64,000 nucleotides of DNA from Leptospiraceae bacterium (GCA_040217195.1 JAVJNR010000001.1:102690-166689), one strand, 5' to 3'; positions 1 through 10,644 are shown, numbered from the stretch's first letter. Translations and numbers: made by a program. Notes: a model not told the origin generated them from the letters alone.

Positions 1-2178
1 CGTGCCGCACTACCCGAAGATGTGGAATTAAGAACTCTGTACAATCGCTCTTATCTTGTGGATGGCACCATTGAAACAGTTCAGGAAAATCTGGCTTTTG
101 GAGCCTTGCTTGTAGTTGCTATTTTGCTTTTTCTAACAGGAAATATTCGAGCAGCTCTCATTGCCTCTGCTGTGATTCCTTTATCTCTTGCAGCAACTCT
201 TATAGGAATGTATTTTACCGGAGTATCGGCCAATCTGATGAGTCTGGGGGCTCTGGATTTTGGTATCATCATTGATGGAGCTGTTATTGTAATCGATCAA
301 TGTGTGCATCGTGTTCAGCGCAGACGAAATGAACTGGGCCATGACCTGGATAGAAATGAGATTCGCCAGGCGGTTGCCTCGGCTTCGGTGGAAATTCGCA
401 GGGCAGCAGGATTCGGCCAGATAATCATTCTAGTGGTCTTCCTACCAATGTTCGCATTAACCGGAATCGAAGGTAAGATGTTTCGACCCATGGCTGCTGC
501 TTTTTGTTTTGCTTTGCTGGCCGCCTTTGTCCTGGCTTTTACTGTTGTTCCTGCTCTGGCTGGAATCTTCTTAAAAAGTTCCTCTCGAGAGTCCAGAATT
601 ACTGCTTTGCTGGAAGATTACTATTCCAGGATGTTGGACCGGGCTTTCGAGTTTCGTAAATTGGTTCTGGGTATTGCAGTAGCTCTCATCGCCATCGCTG
701 CTATTGCATTGAGTACGCTTGGAGGGGAGTTTATTCCCCAGCTATATGAAAGGGCCATTGCCATGCAATTTGTTCGTCCACCTTCCATTTCACCGGAAGC
801 TTCGGTGAAGTTAGAAGAGATATCGCATGGAGTTATTCAAGAGTTCCCTGAAGTGGATCAGGTGTTTACCCGGATTGGGTCGGCAGAGATTGCCACAGAT
901 CCAATGGGAGTGAACCTGGGAGACTGCTACATAATGCTAAAGGCCAGAAGCCAGTGGCCAGCAGTGCAGGGCAGGGTAAGAAGCCCGGATGAACTTAGAA
1001 CTGCATTGCGCCAGGAGCTGCAGAGTCGAGTACCGGGACAGCGAATTCTAATGAGTCAGCCAATTGAACTGCGGTTCAATGAATTGCTGGAAGGAGCCCG
1101 GGCGGATCTCACTTTGAAGATTTATGGAGAAGACCTGAGAATTCTTCAAGATCTCAGCGAAAAAGCGGCCGTAATTGTTTCATCCATTCCCGGAGCCGGA
1201 AATGCGGAGCCAGAGATTCGAGGACAGATACCGGTAATTCGAGTGGAACCGGATCTCCAGGCCCTTCGCAGCCTGGGGCTGAGCAGAAAGGAAGTACTTG
1301 ATACACTTTCCATGGGCCTGGGAGGCGAAGACACCGGGTATCTTTATCGTGGCGTTCGCAGATTTCCCATTCGACTTCGGCTGAATGAGAGTCAGAGAAA
1401 CCTGCAAACCCTTGAAAGTTTACCTGTGGGAACCACAGAAAGTTCCACAGAACCTCTTGGAACTCTGGCAAACATACGAGAGATCAAAACATTTGAGATG
1501 ATCAAAAGAGACTCCATGCAAAGAAGGGGGGCTATTCTGATCAATCCGGAAACTACCGATACGGAGGGCCTGGTGGAAGCAGCGCAACAGGCTCTGGACG
1601 AGCAGCTGGATCTACCGGCCGGCTATTTTATGGAATGGGGAGGTAGTTTCAAGAATCTGCAAAAAGCCCGTCAGCGACTTTCCATAGTTGCACCTCTGGC
1701 ATTTCTTATTGTATGTTTGATGATCTATTCTGCTTTTCGCGACTGGGTGCGAACGATTCTGGTACTGGCCGGAGTACCTTTCGCTCTGGTAGGCGGAGTC
1801 ATTGGTCTGGCTATTTCGGGACAATCCTTGAGCATTTCTGCCTCAGTGGGTTTCATCGCTTTGTTTGGTATTTCGGTACTGAACGGCGTGGTACTTATGA
1901 GTCGCTATCGGGATCTAGCTGCTACCGGCATGTCCGGTCGGGAACTGGCCATATCGGGAGCGAAAAGCCGATTACGCGCCGTGGCGATGACGGCTTTAAC
2001 GGACATATTCGGATTTATGCCCATGATGCTGGCCACCGGCCTTGGTGCCGAGGTGCAACGTCCCCTGGCTACGGTTGTGGTCTGCGGAGTCTTTACATCG
2101 TCTTTTGTAATTCTTTTTGTACTACCCCTTATGCACTCTTTGTTGGAGCCCTTCCTTAAGGTGGATTCAGATTCTTGA
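1..2178 (+). CDS. CusA/CzcA-family heavy-metal efflux RND permease (5' end outside window)
   Basis: Frame open from base 1; RND motifs SANLMSLGALDFGIIIDGAVIV, GIEGKMFRPMA, GFIALFGISVLNG, RLRAVAMTA, GAEVQRPLATVV. Confidence 0.92.
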   Translation, partial: RAALPEDVELRTLYNRSYLVDGTIETVQENLAFGALLVVAILLFLTGNIRAALIASAVIPLSLAATLIGMYFTGVSANLMSLGALDFGIIIDGAVIVIDQCVHRVQRRRNELGHDLDRNEIRQAVASASVEIRRAAGFGQIIILVVFLPMFALTGIEGKMFRPMAAAFCFALLAAFVLAFTVVPALAGIFLKSSSRESRITALLEDYYSRMLDRAFEFRKLVLGIAVALIAIAAIALSTLGGEFIPQLYERAIAMQFVRPPSISPEASVKLEEISHGVIQEFPEVDQVFTRIGSAEIATDPMGVNLGDCYIMLKARSQWPAVQGRVRSPDELRTALRQELQSRVPGQRILMSQPIELRFNELLEGARADLTLKIYGEDLRILQDLSEKAAVIVSSIPGAGNAEPEIRGQIPVIRVEPDLQALRSLGLSRKEVLDTLSMGLGGEDTGYLYRGVRRFPIRLRLNESQRNLQTLESLPVGTTESSTEPLGTLANIREIKTFEMIKRDSMQRRGAILINPETTDTEGLVEAAQQALDEQLDLPAGYFMEWGGSFKNLQKARQRLSIVAPLAFLIVCLMIYSAFRDWVRTILVLAGVPFALVGGVIGLAISGQSLSISASVGFIALFGISVLNGVVLMSRYRDLAATGMSGRELAISGAKSRLRAVAMTALTDIFGFMPMMLATGLGAEVQRPLATVVVCGVFTSSFVILFVLPLMHSLLEPFLKVDSDS

Positions 2179-2500
2179 AATCATGGGGAAAAACACTCAG
2201 GGAGGCGATGTTCAGGCTTCAGTGATGGAAAGGCATATTCATACTCTGGGTATTCGTTTCCTGGGTACTGAGCGTGCCACTGCCTATCTACCGGGCTATC
2301 TGGCCCAGGGTATTTTGAATGGAAGAAAGGTACCCACCGGAACTGTGACTCCGCTGGATTTTATCGAAAGGCATGAGATTGATCACATTCTGGCAGATCT
2401 GGCCTCCATAGATGGAGTTGATGTTTATCGCATCAATACAGACAGAACAAGCTTCGGCAGAGGGATGGGGAGCCAGAACACCAGCCCAGAATAGTACAAT

Positions 2501-2523
2501 AAAAAAGGGGCCGAAGCCCCTTT
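2501..2523 (-). terminator. Intrinsic terminator downstream of the DUF1858 gene
   Basis: Minus strand reads AAAGGGGC-TTCG-GCCCCTTT followed by TTT. Confidence 0.8.
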
Positions 2524-2544
2524 GCTTTGCAAAGCCTTTCTGGA

Positions 2545-2769
2545 TTAATCTTCCAGTAGATTATTGAGACTATCTAGCAGTTGTTCCACAGGCACTCCAT
2601 AGCCCATGCAAACCTGCTCAATGGTTTCCAGCTCATTGATGGAGCAATGAGAACAGCCCCCCAGATGATAACTGGAGAACACGATGGCCGCTTCTGGATG
2701 AAGCTGCATGGCTTCTCCGACAGTCATGTCTGCTGTAAACTGTGATTTTTCTTGAACGTCCGATGACAT
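2545..2769 (-). CDS. DUF1858-like small CxxC protein (hybrid-cluster-associated redox disulfide domain)
   Basis: 74 aa, MTVGEAMQLHPEAAIVF..GGCSHC..ETIEQVCMGYGVPVEQLL pattern; AGAGGG RBS. Confidence 0.8.
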   Translation of the reverse strand: MSSDVQEKSQFTADMTVGEAMQLHPEAAIVFSSYHLGGCSHCSINELETIEQVCMGYGVPVEQLLDSLNNLLED

Positions 2770-2987
2770 GTTATCCCTCTCTTACCGCCCTGATTATTCA
2801 GATACGGCCTATTTTGGGCCCGAGGCCCCTGCGCTCAGTGTATACCGAGCGCACAGTATACTGATGCAAAGGAAGGCAAAAAGCCGGTCCTGGTCAATAA
2901 AAATACAATCATGTACCTGCTTCATCCGTCCAAAGCCATAGAGGTTAAACTGGTTGTCATAATCCTTTCGGAACATTGTCTGGAAGC

Positions 2988-3452
2988 ATGAACATGGACC
3001 AGAATGCCCATCCTCACCTGCTGGAAGATCTACAGGGTTTCTCCAACCATTCAGGTGAATTTATGATCCGGATCGAGGGCCGATTTGAGTCCTCGCATTA
3101 TCTTTACAGATATTTTCCGGATGGTTCGGACGAACCTGTGCATGGTCATTCATGGCTGGTAGAGGTTTTTCTGGCGCGCACCGACGGGGGATTGGGCGCG
3201 GACGGTATTAGCTACGATTTTCTCTCTGCTCGATTGCGGCTCAATGAGCTGGTGGATCGGATGGAGCATGTGTTAATAAATAATCTGCCGGAATTTGAAG
3301 GAATCAATCCAACGGCAGAAAACCTGGGTCGCTGGTTCTATGCGGGCCTGAAGGAAGTGGTGAATAAAGAGGGTGCATGCGTTCGGGAGATTCGAATTCA
3401 CGAGGGGCCGTCCAATTATGCGGTATTTCGTCCCTCGAAATTGGAAGCTTGA
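2988..3452 (+). CDS. queD: 6-carboxytetrahydropterin synthase (QueD/PTPS family); start uncertain
   Basis: FESSH, HGHSW, DF..RL..LVDRMEH..IN, NPTAENL and IRIHEGP motifs. Confidence 0.85.
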   Translation: MNMDQNAHPHLLEDLQGFSNHSGEFMIRIEGRFESSHYLYRYFPDGSDEPVHGHSWLVEVFLARTDGGLGADGISYDFLSARLRLNELVDRMEHVLINNLPEFEGINPTAENLGRWFYAGLKEVVNKEGACVREIRIHEGPSNYAVFRPSKLEA

Positions 3453-6400
3453 TTCTCAGGCTTACCGGCGCCATGCTTTAAAAACCGGTCCTTTCTATTT
3501 GCCATTTGGTTTCGCCGGATGTATGGCCGGACCATGTCAGAAATCTCCTAAAGCGTTATCCGCGTATTTATGTTCCTTGATACTCATGTTGGCCTTGGCG
3601 GGCCCTGCGAATGCCCGGACATTCCTGATGGATGAGGGTTTTAGCAGTACCGACCTGCAAGGCGAATTGGAAGTATTTGTGGACACCTCCGGTCAGCTGA
3701 AGGTGGAGCAAATTGAAAGAGCCAGTTTTCAGCCCGTGGGCGATGAAGTCTGGAATCGGGGGCTGAGTTCATCCAATCACTGGCTTAAATTCTCAATCAA
3801 GAATGGAACCGACCTGGGCGATCCAGTTTACCTGGAGGTATTCTATCCTTTGCTTGATTACGTGACCCTGTTTCGTTCCGGCCCCGGCGGAAAATATGAA
3901 CCAAGCGCCACCGGCGATATGCTTCCTTTCGCAAAACGTGAAATGGAACATCGAAACTTTATTTTTGTTTTGAGGATTCCACCAGGTCAGACCAGAGAGT
4001 ACCTTCTAAGGGTTAGCAGCCATGGACCGCTTCAGGTACCGCTCAGAGTGCGTAGCGCCCAGGATCTTCTACAGAAAGATCGCACCGTTCAGTATGCCCA
4101 GGGATTATATTTCGGTATCATGCTGGCCATGCTTCTGTACAATGCATTTCTGTACATCACCGTTCGCTACAGCGGCTATCTGCATTATGTATTCTACATT
4201 GCCGGTCTATCTCTCTTCCAGCTGCTCTATCATGGATACTTTTTTGCCATCTTTATGCCCGATTACCCTGTCCTGGTAAATGAGGCCTTGATTTTTTCTA
4301 TCGCATTCATGCTATTCTGGGGGATTCAATTCAGTAGAACTTTCCTGAATACTCAAAGATACGATACCATGCTGGATCGTCCTCTTCTGGTATTGCAGAC
4401 TCTGGCCGTGGTTGGTGGCCTGTCCAGCTTTATCCTGTCCTATCAGATCGCCCTAAATTTCGCTGTTCTCTCTTCGGTTACCTTTGTTGTATTCATTTTC
4501 GTTGCAGCGCTTCGTAGATTGTATAGAGGCTACCGACCGGCCAGATTCTTTCTCATCGCCTGGACCACTCTTCTAATGGCCATTCTAGTGCTGGCCATGA
4601 AACAGTATGGATGGATCCCTTATTCATTCTTCAGTAACTATGCAATGCAAATCGGTTCCGGTATGGAAGTGATCCTATTATCTGCGGCTCTGGGCGATCG
4701 AATCAAAACCATAGAAATGGACAAAAAGGAGGCTCAATCGTTTGCCTATCAGAGCTTGAAAAAGGCGCATCATATCAAGGATGAATTTCTTTACAACACA
4801 TCGTTGGAGCTGCGGGAACCAATTGAAGGCATTGTAGGAATGACCGAAGGGCTACTTGAATTGAGCAGACGCAGTGAGGATCGACCAGGGCGGATGGAGG
4901 AACTTAGAGACGGTCTTAGCGTTATTGCATCCACAGGCACCATTGTTAGTGGTCTGGTAAACGATATCCTGGATTTTTATCGAATCAAAAATTCGGAAAT
5001 CTATCTGAACAGAACATCGGTTTCGCCTGCCAGTGTAGTGAGCGTAGCCATGGATCTGTGCAGACCCTGGGCTGTGGCCCGGGGAATTGAAATGAGTACA
5101 GATATACCGGAGTCCATAAATCTGCTTTATGCAGATGAGATTCGCCTGCGACAAATACTGCTGAATTTGCTCAACAATGGCATTAAGTTTACTCAGGAGG
5201 GCTCGGTAACGGTTCGTGCCCGGAACCTGGACCAGTTCGTAGAGTTCACTATTGAAGATACAGGCTCTGGCATTCCTTCTGATGCGCTGGAGGACATATT
5301 CTTTATATTCGAAAGGCCGGAACTTGCTGCAGGAAGAAAGGGTGGCAAAGGCCTGGGACTGACCATTACGCGAAAGTTGATTGAGCTACATGGAGGAATG
5401 ATTCGAGCCGAATCATCCAGTGAGGGAACCAGGATGATTTTTACAATTCCCCGAAGCCAGTCCAACCATCCTATTTTGCCAGGAATGATACCTTCGAAAA
5501 AAGGCGTGGATCCAGTCTCGGACTTTATTCCAGCTCATGAGGGCAGCCATACAATCCTTATTGCCGATGACGATAACATACATTTGAGAGCACAGGAGCG
5601 AAGGCTAATACAGGCCGGATTCAGAGTGTTATCCGCCGGAAACCTTCAGAGTTTGAAAAAGCATGTGGCCAGGGAGCCTGTGGATCTTATGATCATCGAC
5701 CTGTACCTGAATGGACAGAATGGCTACGAGCTCTGCCGGGAAATCCGTCAGGATTTTTCTCTCTATGAGCTACCGATTATTATTGTGGGCAGAGGTAGAA
5801 GTCAGGCAGAGCTGGAGACTGCCATGGATAACGGGGCCAACGACTATATTTCCCGGCCTGTGGATCGGGTGGAACTATTAAGTCGAGTGCAAATGCTTCT
5901 TGAGTTAAAGGATTCCATTCTTGAGAGGGAACGTCTTCTTAGCTTTGAAAAGGAACTGGATGTAGCTCGTTCCATCATGGAGAAGCTTCTACCGTTGAAG
6001 CCCGAGTTCCCGGATAGCCTGGATGTATCTATTCTGTATTTGCCTGCAGGCTCCATTGGTGGAGATATATATGATTTTCGCAGTGAAGAATGGTTCAATG
6101 TCTTAATCGCCGATGTCACCGGTCACGGTGTACCGGCTGCACTGTATGCCTCCATGGTAAAGATTGCACATAACGTGGCCCTGCGGGAAGGACACTGCAA
6201 ACCGGATGAAATTCTAGAAAGTATTCATGGAACCATTCGAAATCAACTTGGCGAGCACTTTGTTACGGCAGGCTATTTAAGAATCCATCCGCAGTCTGGC
6301 CGGTTGGAGTATAGCAGGGCCGGGCATCTTCCTCTGCTCATTTATCGCAGGATCACAAATGAGTTCATCGAGTTGAATCCGGGGGGGCGACTGCTTGGAC

Positions 6401-6666
6401 TTGTGGATGAATTGAATCTTCAGCGCGAAGAGCTCCAGGTTCAGTCTGGTGATAGAATTTTTTGTTATACAGATGGAATCCATGAAACTCTGACCGAGCA
6501 GGGAACTCACTTTGGAGATCTAGAATTTAGAGCCCTGGCCGCTGAAACCATTGAACTTGGGGCGGATGCCACTATAGAAGCTATCTGTGATCGATTGTCG
6601 GAGCTTGGCGAAATCTCAGGCCAAATTGAAGACGACCGAACTATGATTCTAATCGATGTAAAGTAG
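3373..6666 (+). CDS. 7TM-DISM membrane sensor with degenerate His-kinase, receiver-like domain and SpoIIE/PP2C phosphatase (true start probably ~3520-3590)
   Basis: DISMED2-like WLKF/PLLDYV/TGD..PF..R; seven hydrophobic segments; HATPase NLLNNGIKFT/DTGSGI/GKGLGL; REC-like segment; PP2C GGDIYD, ADVTGHG, YTDG, EDD. Confidence 0.88.
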   Translation: MHAFGRFEFTRGRPIMRYFVPRNWKLDSQAYRRHALKTGPFYLPFGFAGCMAGPCQKSPKALSAYLCSLILMLALAGPANARTFLMDEGFSSTDLQGELEVFVDTSGQLKVEQIERASFQPVGDEVWNRGLSSSNHWLKFSIKNGTDLGDPVYLEVFYPLLDYVTLFRSGPGGKYEPSATGDMLPFAKREMEHRNFIFVLRIPPGQTREYLLRVSSHGPLQVPLRVRSAQDLLQKDRTVQYAQGLYFGIMLAMLLYNAFLYITVRYSGYLHYVFYIAGLSLFQLLYHGYFFAIFMPDYPVLVNEALIFSIAFMLFWGIQFSRTFLNTQRYDTMLDRPLLVLQTLAVVGGLSSFILSYQIALNFAVLSSVTFVVFIFVAALRRLYRGYRPARFFLIAWTTLLMAILVLAMKQYGWIPYSFFSNYAMQIGSGMEVILLSAALGDRIKTIEMDKKEAQSFAYQSLKKAHHIKDEFLYNTSLELREPIEGIVGMTEGLLELSRRSEDRPGRMEELRDGLSVIASTGTIVSGLVNDILDFYRIKNSEIYLNRTSVSPASVVSVAMDLCRPWAVARGIEMSTDIPESINLLYADEIRLRQILLNLLNNGIKFTQEGSVTVRARNLDQFVEFTIEDTGSGIPSDALEDIFFIFERPELAAGRKGGKGLGLTITRKLIELHGGMIRAESSSEGTRMIFTIPRSQSNHPILPGMIPSKKGVDPVSDFIPAHEGSHTILIADDDNIHLRAQERRLIQAGFRVLSAGNLQSLKKHVAREPVDLMIIDLYLNGQNGYELCREIRQDFSLYELPIIIVGRGRSQAELETAMDNGANDYISRPVDRVELLSRVQMLLELKDSILERERLLSFEKELDVARSIMEKLLPLKPEFPDSLDVSILYLPAGSIGGDIYDFRSEEWFNVLIADVTGHGVPAALYASMVKIAHNVALREGHCKPDEILESIHGTIRNQLGEHFVTAGYLRIHPQSGRLEYSRAGHLPLLIYRRITNEFIELNPGGRLLGLVDELNLQREELQVQSGDRIFCYTDGIHETLTEQGTHFGDLEFRALAAETIELGADATIEAICDRLSELGEISGQIEDDRTMILIDVK

Positions 6667-6707
6667 CTGCGAGTGGTCAGGTCAGACGACTCGCAGCCCG
6701 GAATGTA

Positions 6708-9611
6708 TTAGCTGTTGGACGCGATGACTGATTTTACCACAGCTGGATCCAGTTTCATTCGCTCAGCGATTAGATCCGGTTCCCATTTATGGTTTAGATA
6801 CAGGCTCAGGATACCTTCCTTCTTCCAATCAGAAAGTGAACTCTGGGAACGTCCGGATTTTCGATTTCCTGCAGTGGCCGGTTCCCTGGAACCATCGGCC
6901 CGGGAAAGCTCGAACTGTTCTTCCATTTGATGAACCCGTTCTGCTTCTTCCAGCATACGATCTACAGTCTGATAAAAAGCTCCCAGGCGATCCATTTTTT
7001 CGTCTGCTTCGGACAGGATGCTTTCCAGTTCGGTTCGTACCACTTCTCCGGAGGACTGAATGCCCTCTATCTTTCGTGCCATGGAGCCAATCTGGCTTTG
7101 CTTCGCTTCCAGGTCAGACATGAGCCCTTCCATTTGTTCGAATCTGGATTCTACTCTCTGAATCTCAGTATCCAGATGCTTCAAGGTATTGGCACGGCTT
7201 TCCATTTTTTCCAGGTCCTGCTCCACATTCTCTGTGCGCATTTCCATTCTTTCCATCTGGCCCATCATTTCCCGGGCAAAGTCTCCTGCAGTAACTGCTT
7301 CTTTGCGGGATTTTTCAATGTGGCGAATGGCGCCTTCGATGAACTTTCGTCGCTCATTTAGATCTTTGAAGAAGTCTTCAAAGGTTCGGCGATATTCTTC
7401 GAATTTCATCATTCTTGCTTCAATCTTTTCTGCAACTTTTTCGGCACCCTCAACGGTTACGAATTTGGCCATCAGTTCTTCCATTCTGTATTCAAGATCC
7501 TGGAAGCGATTCTCTACTTTACCAATTCGTTCCTTGCGGCCTTCCAGTTCTTCCAGTTCTCTATCCAGAATCTCTCTGCCTTCTGACAGAGTATCGATTT
7601 TCTCGAAGAAATCGGAAAGGTTTCTGCGTTCTTCCCTGGCCTGATCCAGCCTTTCAGATAGAGTGCGAACCGAATCATCCAGGGAATGGGCCAGTTCATC
7701 AGCTTTTTCAACCATGGAGAGTTTTTCTTCAAAGGCTGCTATTCTGGTCTGATCTCTTTGCATCTGGCGGAAGATCTCATCTTTGATTTCGGTCATTCGA
7801 TCTGATTCTTCCGTAACTTCCTGCTTCATGCGAGAGAATTTATCGCGGGCTTTATTGACCTCTTCTTCCATACGATGCATGGATTGTTCAATATTCTTGG
7901 AAGTTCGTTTTTCCAGTTCGTCGATGTGTAGCTGACCCCGATCCACCAGATGACTGATTTGAGAGCTGATCTTTTCATCCAGGGTATCATTCAATCGACC
8001 CAGTTTTTCATCCTGTTCGGACAGGAATCGGGATGCTCGTTTCTCCAGCTCTTTCAATAGTTCATCTCTTGCATCCAGTATGTCGGATTTTGCCTGATCC
8101 GACTGGTCCTGTAGTTTATTTCTGGCTTTGGAAAGCTCTCTTGTATGCTCTTCCACAGCTCCAAGAACATCTACCAGTTCCTCTTTCAGTTTATAGAAGT
8201 CTGCGCGAGATTTATCCATTTCGCGCTGTTGATCCCGGGCTGTATCTTTGAGGTCTTCGCCCAGTTCCTGGGTTTTTCGTGCCAGCGCTTCTTTAAGGCG
8301 ATCGGAAAGTCCTTCAAATTGCTCGTATAGCTCTTCATAATTACGTCGAGCTTCTTCAATTTTCTGCTCTTCTTCCCGGGCCGCTTCATGAAACTGTCGG
8401 CGGCTGTCCTGGAGTATACCCTGGAGCTGTTCCTGCACAGAACTGGATTCTGTGCGCATTTCCTGGCGGATTCGCTCTGCATCGGCACCCAGTGCCTGAA
8501 CCTGCTGCTTTCGCACGCCTTCTATGTTCTCATCAAGGCCTTCCAGTTTTTCCTGCAGTGCTTCCAGTTTTTCCGCTTCTATCTGGGACCAGTGCTCTTC
8601 CAGCTCCTGCATCCTGGTTTCCAGAGTTTGTTTCTGAGTTTCGCCTATCTTGAGTAGACGATTTTCTATAGCCAGGAATTTCTCCTGAAAGTTTTGAATT
8701 TGATCGGCAATACCGGATGCCATGCGACGAGTTTCGTTTAAAATCTCATCCCTTCGAGACATGGTTTCCAGGCTGAATCCATCCAGTTCATTGCGGATTC
8801 GCGCTACCTCATCCTTCATTGACTCCACTGAAGCCTGACGGATGGATGCCAGCCCGGATTCCATTCCATGAATTCGTTCGTTATACAATCTTTCCAGAGC
8901 GGTGAAGCGATCTTCCAGCCTGGCTTTTTCGATTTCCCATTGCTCTTCTACTCTCTGGTCCGTGGATTCTACACGATCGCTCAATCTCTCGATCTGAGAG
9001 ATTTCATCGTCCAGCCGTTTATGAATTTTATCTGACCGGTCATGAAGTATGCGAAGTGATTCCGTTTCCTGATCCACAAATCCGCGAGTTTTTTCTCGGG
9101 CTTCTTCCAGCAGTTCGCCCAGAGCTTGATCCAGCTCTTCTCTGGTGCTGCGGGTTTTGTTCTGAAGATCGTCCTGAACTCCTTGCACTCGGTGATCCAG
9201 TTCTTCAATTTCGCGGCGCGTACTGTTGATTCTTTCCAGACCATCTTCCAGAATGTGAATCTGTCCCTGAACTTCCCTGGCATTTCCTGCGATTTCATGA
9301 AGCTGTCCGGAAAGGCTATCAATGCGCTGCCGGTCTTCCTGTAGACTTTGCAGCCTGGTCTCGAACCCGTCCGCTTCTTCCCGGAGGCGGTCCAGGGTCT
9401 GACGAGACTGATGAAACAGCATCTCAAACTCCAGGCTGGCATCCTTCATGGACTGAAGATGCTCCTGGGCAGATTTTTCCAGTTGCTCGATTTGCAGTTC
9501 TCCGATTCTCTTGATCTGAGTCAGTTGATGGGCCGGACGGTCCAGCTTCCGCAGGAATAGAGAAAAGGCAATGGAGCCCAGAAAAGATATGGCAATTAGT
9601 GCGAGGGTCAT
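6708..9611 (-). CDS. Spirochaete coiled-coil (SpiroCoCo/Scc-like) protein with N-terminal membrane anchor
   Basis: 967 aa; N-terminal TM followed by LRKLDR; E/Q/K/R/L heptad-rich throughout; C-terminal KKEGILSLYLNHKW..IAERMKL. Confidence 0.75.
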   Translation of the reverse strand: MTLALIAISFLGSIAFSLFLRKLDRPAHQLTQIKRIGELQIEQLEKSAQEHLQSMKDASLEFEMLFHQSRQTLDRLREEADGFETRLQSLQEDRQRIDSLSGQLHEIAGNAREVQGQIHILEDGLERINSTRREIEELDHRVQGVQDDLQNKTRSTREELDQALGELLEEAREKTRGFVDQETESLRILHDRSDKIHKRLDDEISQIERLSDRVESTDQRVEEQWEIEKARLEDRFTALERLYNERIHGMESGLASIRQASVESMKDEVARIRNELDGFSLETMSRRDEILNETRRMASGIADQIQNFQEKFLAIENRLLKIGETQKQTLETRMQELEEHWSQIEAEKLEALQEKLEGLDENIEGVRKQQVQALGADAERIRQEMRTESSSVQEQLQGILQDSRRQFHEAAREEEQKIEEARRNYEELYEQFEGLSDRLKEALARKTQELGEDLKDTARDQQREMDKSRADFYKLKEELVDVLGAVEEHTRELSKARNKLQDQSDQAKSDILDARDELLKELEKRASRFLSEQDEKLGRLNDTLDEKISSQISHLVDRGQLHIDELEKRTSKNIEQSMHRMEEEVNKARDKFSRMKQEVTEESDRMTEIKDEIFRQMQRDQTRIAAFEEKLSMVEKADELAHSLDDSVRTLSERLDQAREERRNLSDFFEKIDTLSEGREILDRELEELEGRKERIGKVENRFQDLEYRMEELMAKFVTVEGAEKVAEKIEARMMKFEEYRRTFEDFFKDLNERRKFIEGAIRHIEKSRKEAVTAGDFAREMMGQMERMEMRTENVEQDLEKMESRANTLKHLDTEIQRVESRFEQMEGLMSDLEAKQSQIGSMARKIEGIQSSGEVVRTELESILSEADEKMDRLGAFYQTVDRMLEEAERVHQMEEQFELSRADGSREPATAGNRKSGRSQSSLSDWKKEGILSLYLNHKWEPDLIAERMKLDPAVVKSVIASNS

Positions 9612-9757
9612 GTCCCAACTCCCGGATTATGTCGCATGAATGGTTTACACTTGCCCTGTACAGGGGCCTGTAAAGCAAATTTTATGTCGCTATATAGAAG
9701 AAAGTTTGAAACGCAGCGCTGATAGGAAACAGGGGAGTAAGGAGGCCAGAGCCGCCA

Positions 9758-10510
9758 ATGAAAGAGGATTCCAGAAAGAAAAGAGCCAGTCATTTGAGAC
9801 TGATTAAACCCGAGTCGGAAAACACTTCTGATGATGGACTAATTGAGGAGGAGGAAGACCGGAATTGTGAATCGCAACAAGGGGATTTTGGCCCGGGTAT
9901 TGATGTTTCTACGGGAGACTCCGGAGCAGGGTTCGGTGGCGGTACCGAAGATTCGGATGAAGTGGGTTGGTCCGGTGACACGGCGAAAAAGCGAGATGGA
10001 TCCGCAACCGGACAGGGGCTTTCGGATCTGCTAACGGATCGAGATGAAAGGGCCCTTGCCAGGTATTTAGGTACACGCGAAAGAGCTCCCACTGAGGTGC
10101 GCCAGTACCTGACGCGCAAAGGCATCCTGAAAACCTGGCATGACTCGATTCTGGATCGACTGATGGAAATGGATCTCATAAATGAGCAACGATTCTGCTT
10201 CAATCGAATCGAGCATCGTTTGAAGTCCGGCCAGGGCCCTCGGAGGATTGAGCAGGAGCTGGGCTCCCTGGGAATCGATCGTTACGTTGCCCGGGACAGT
10301 CTGGCCTCGGTGGAAAGGCATGAATGGGAAGAAAACTGCCTTGAAGTAGCATCGGAAAAGCTGGAATCCATTATGGACCGGGAAGATAGCTACTGGAAGG
10401 TGATGCAATTTCTGAACTACCGCGGTTTCGAGTCCGTCCATATAGAGTGGGCCATAAATGCTTTGAAGGATCGTTACCCTCTCTGGGCCAAACGATTTTC
10501 CAGGGGCTAA
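9758..10510 (+). CDS. recX: RecX regulatory protein with acidic N-terminal extension
   Basis: ALARYLGTRER..EVRQYL, LINEQRF, GPRRIEQELGSLGI, KVMQFLNYRGF. Confidence 0.8.
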   Translation: MKEDSRKKRASHLRLIKPESENTSDDGLIEEEEDRNCESQQGDFGPGIDVSTGDSGAGFGGGTEDSDEVGWSGDTAKKRDGSATGQGLSDLLTDRDERALARYLGTRERAPTEVRQYLTRKGILKTWHDSILDRLMEMDLINEQRFCFNRIEHRLKSGQGPRRIEQELGSLGIDRYVARDSLASVERHEWEENCLEVASEKLESIMDREDSYWKVMQFLNYRGFESVHIEWAINALKDRYPLWAKRFSRG

Positions 10511-10644
10511 TCACCCTCTGAAATTGACTATAAATCGTCTGGTTCTTGAATATCCCGGGATTTCAATTTGCACTCCGTCAGGGGGCCCACCGAAACCTAA
10601 AAATGTGGATTGACCAGGCTTGCAAATCTATCTAAGATACAGTT

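Noticed and set aside
2117..2494. 125-aa ORF after the RND gene
   Set aside because: Overlaps the RND 3' end and shows no recognisable motif; it may be a real small gene from 2183 but I cannot support it
2936..2975. preQ1-I riboswitch upstream of queD (ATAGAGGTT)
   Set aside because: No complementary CCCTCT arm or A-rich tail follows
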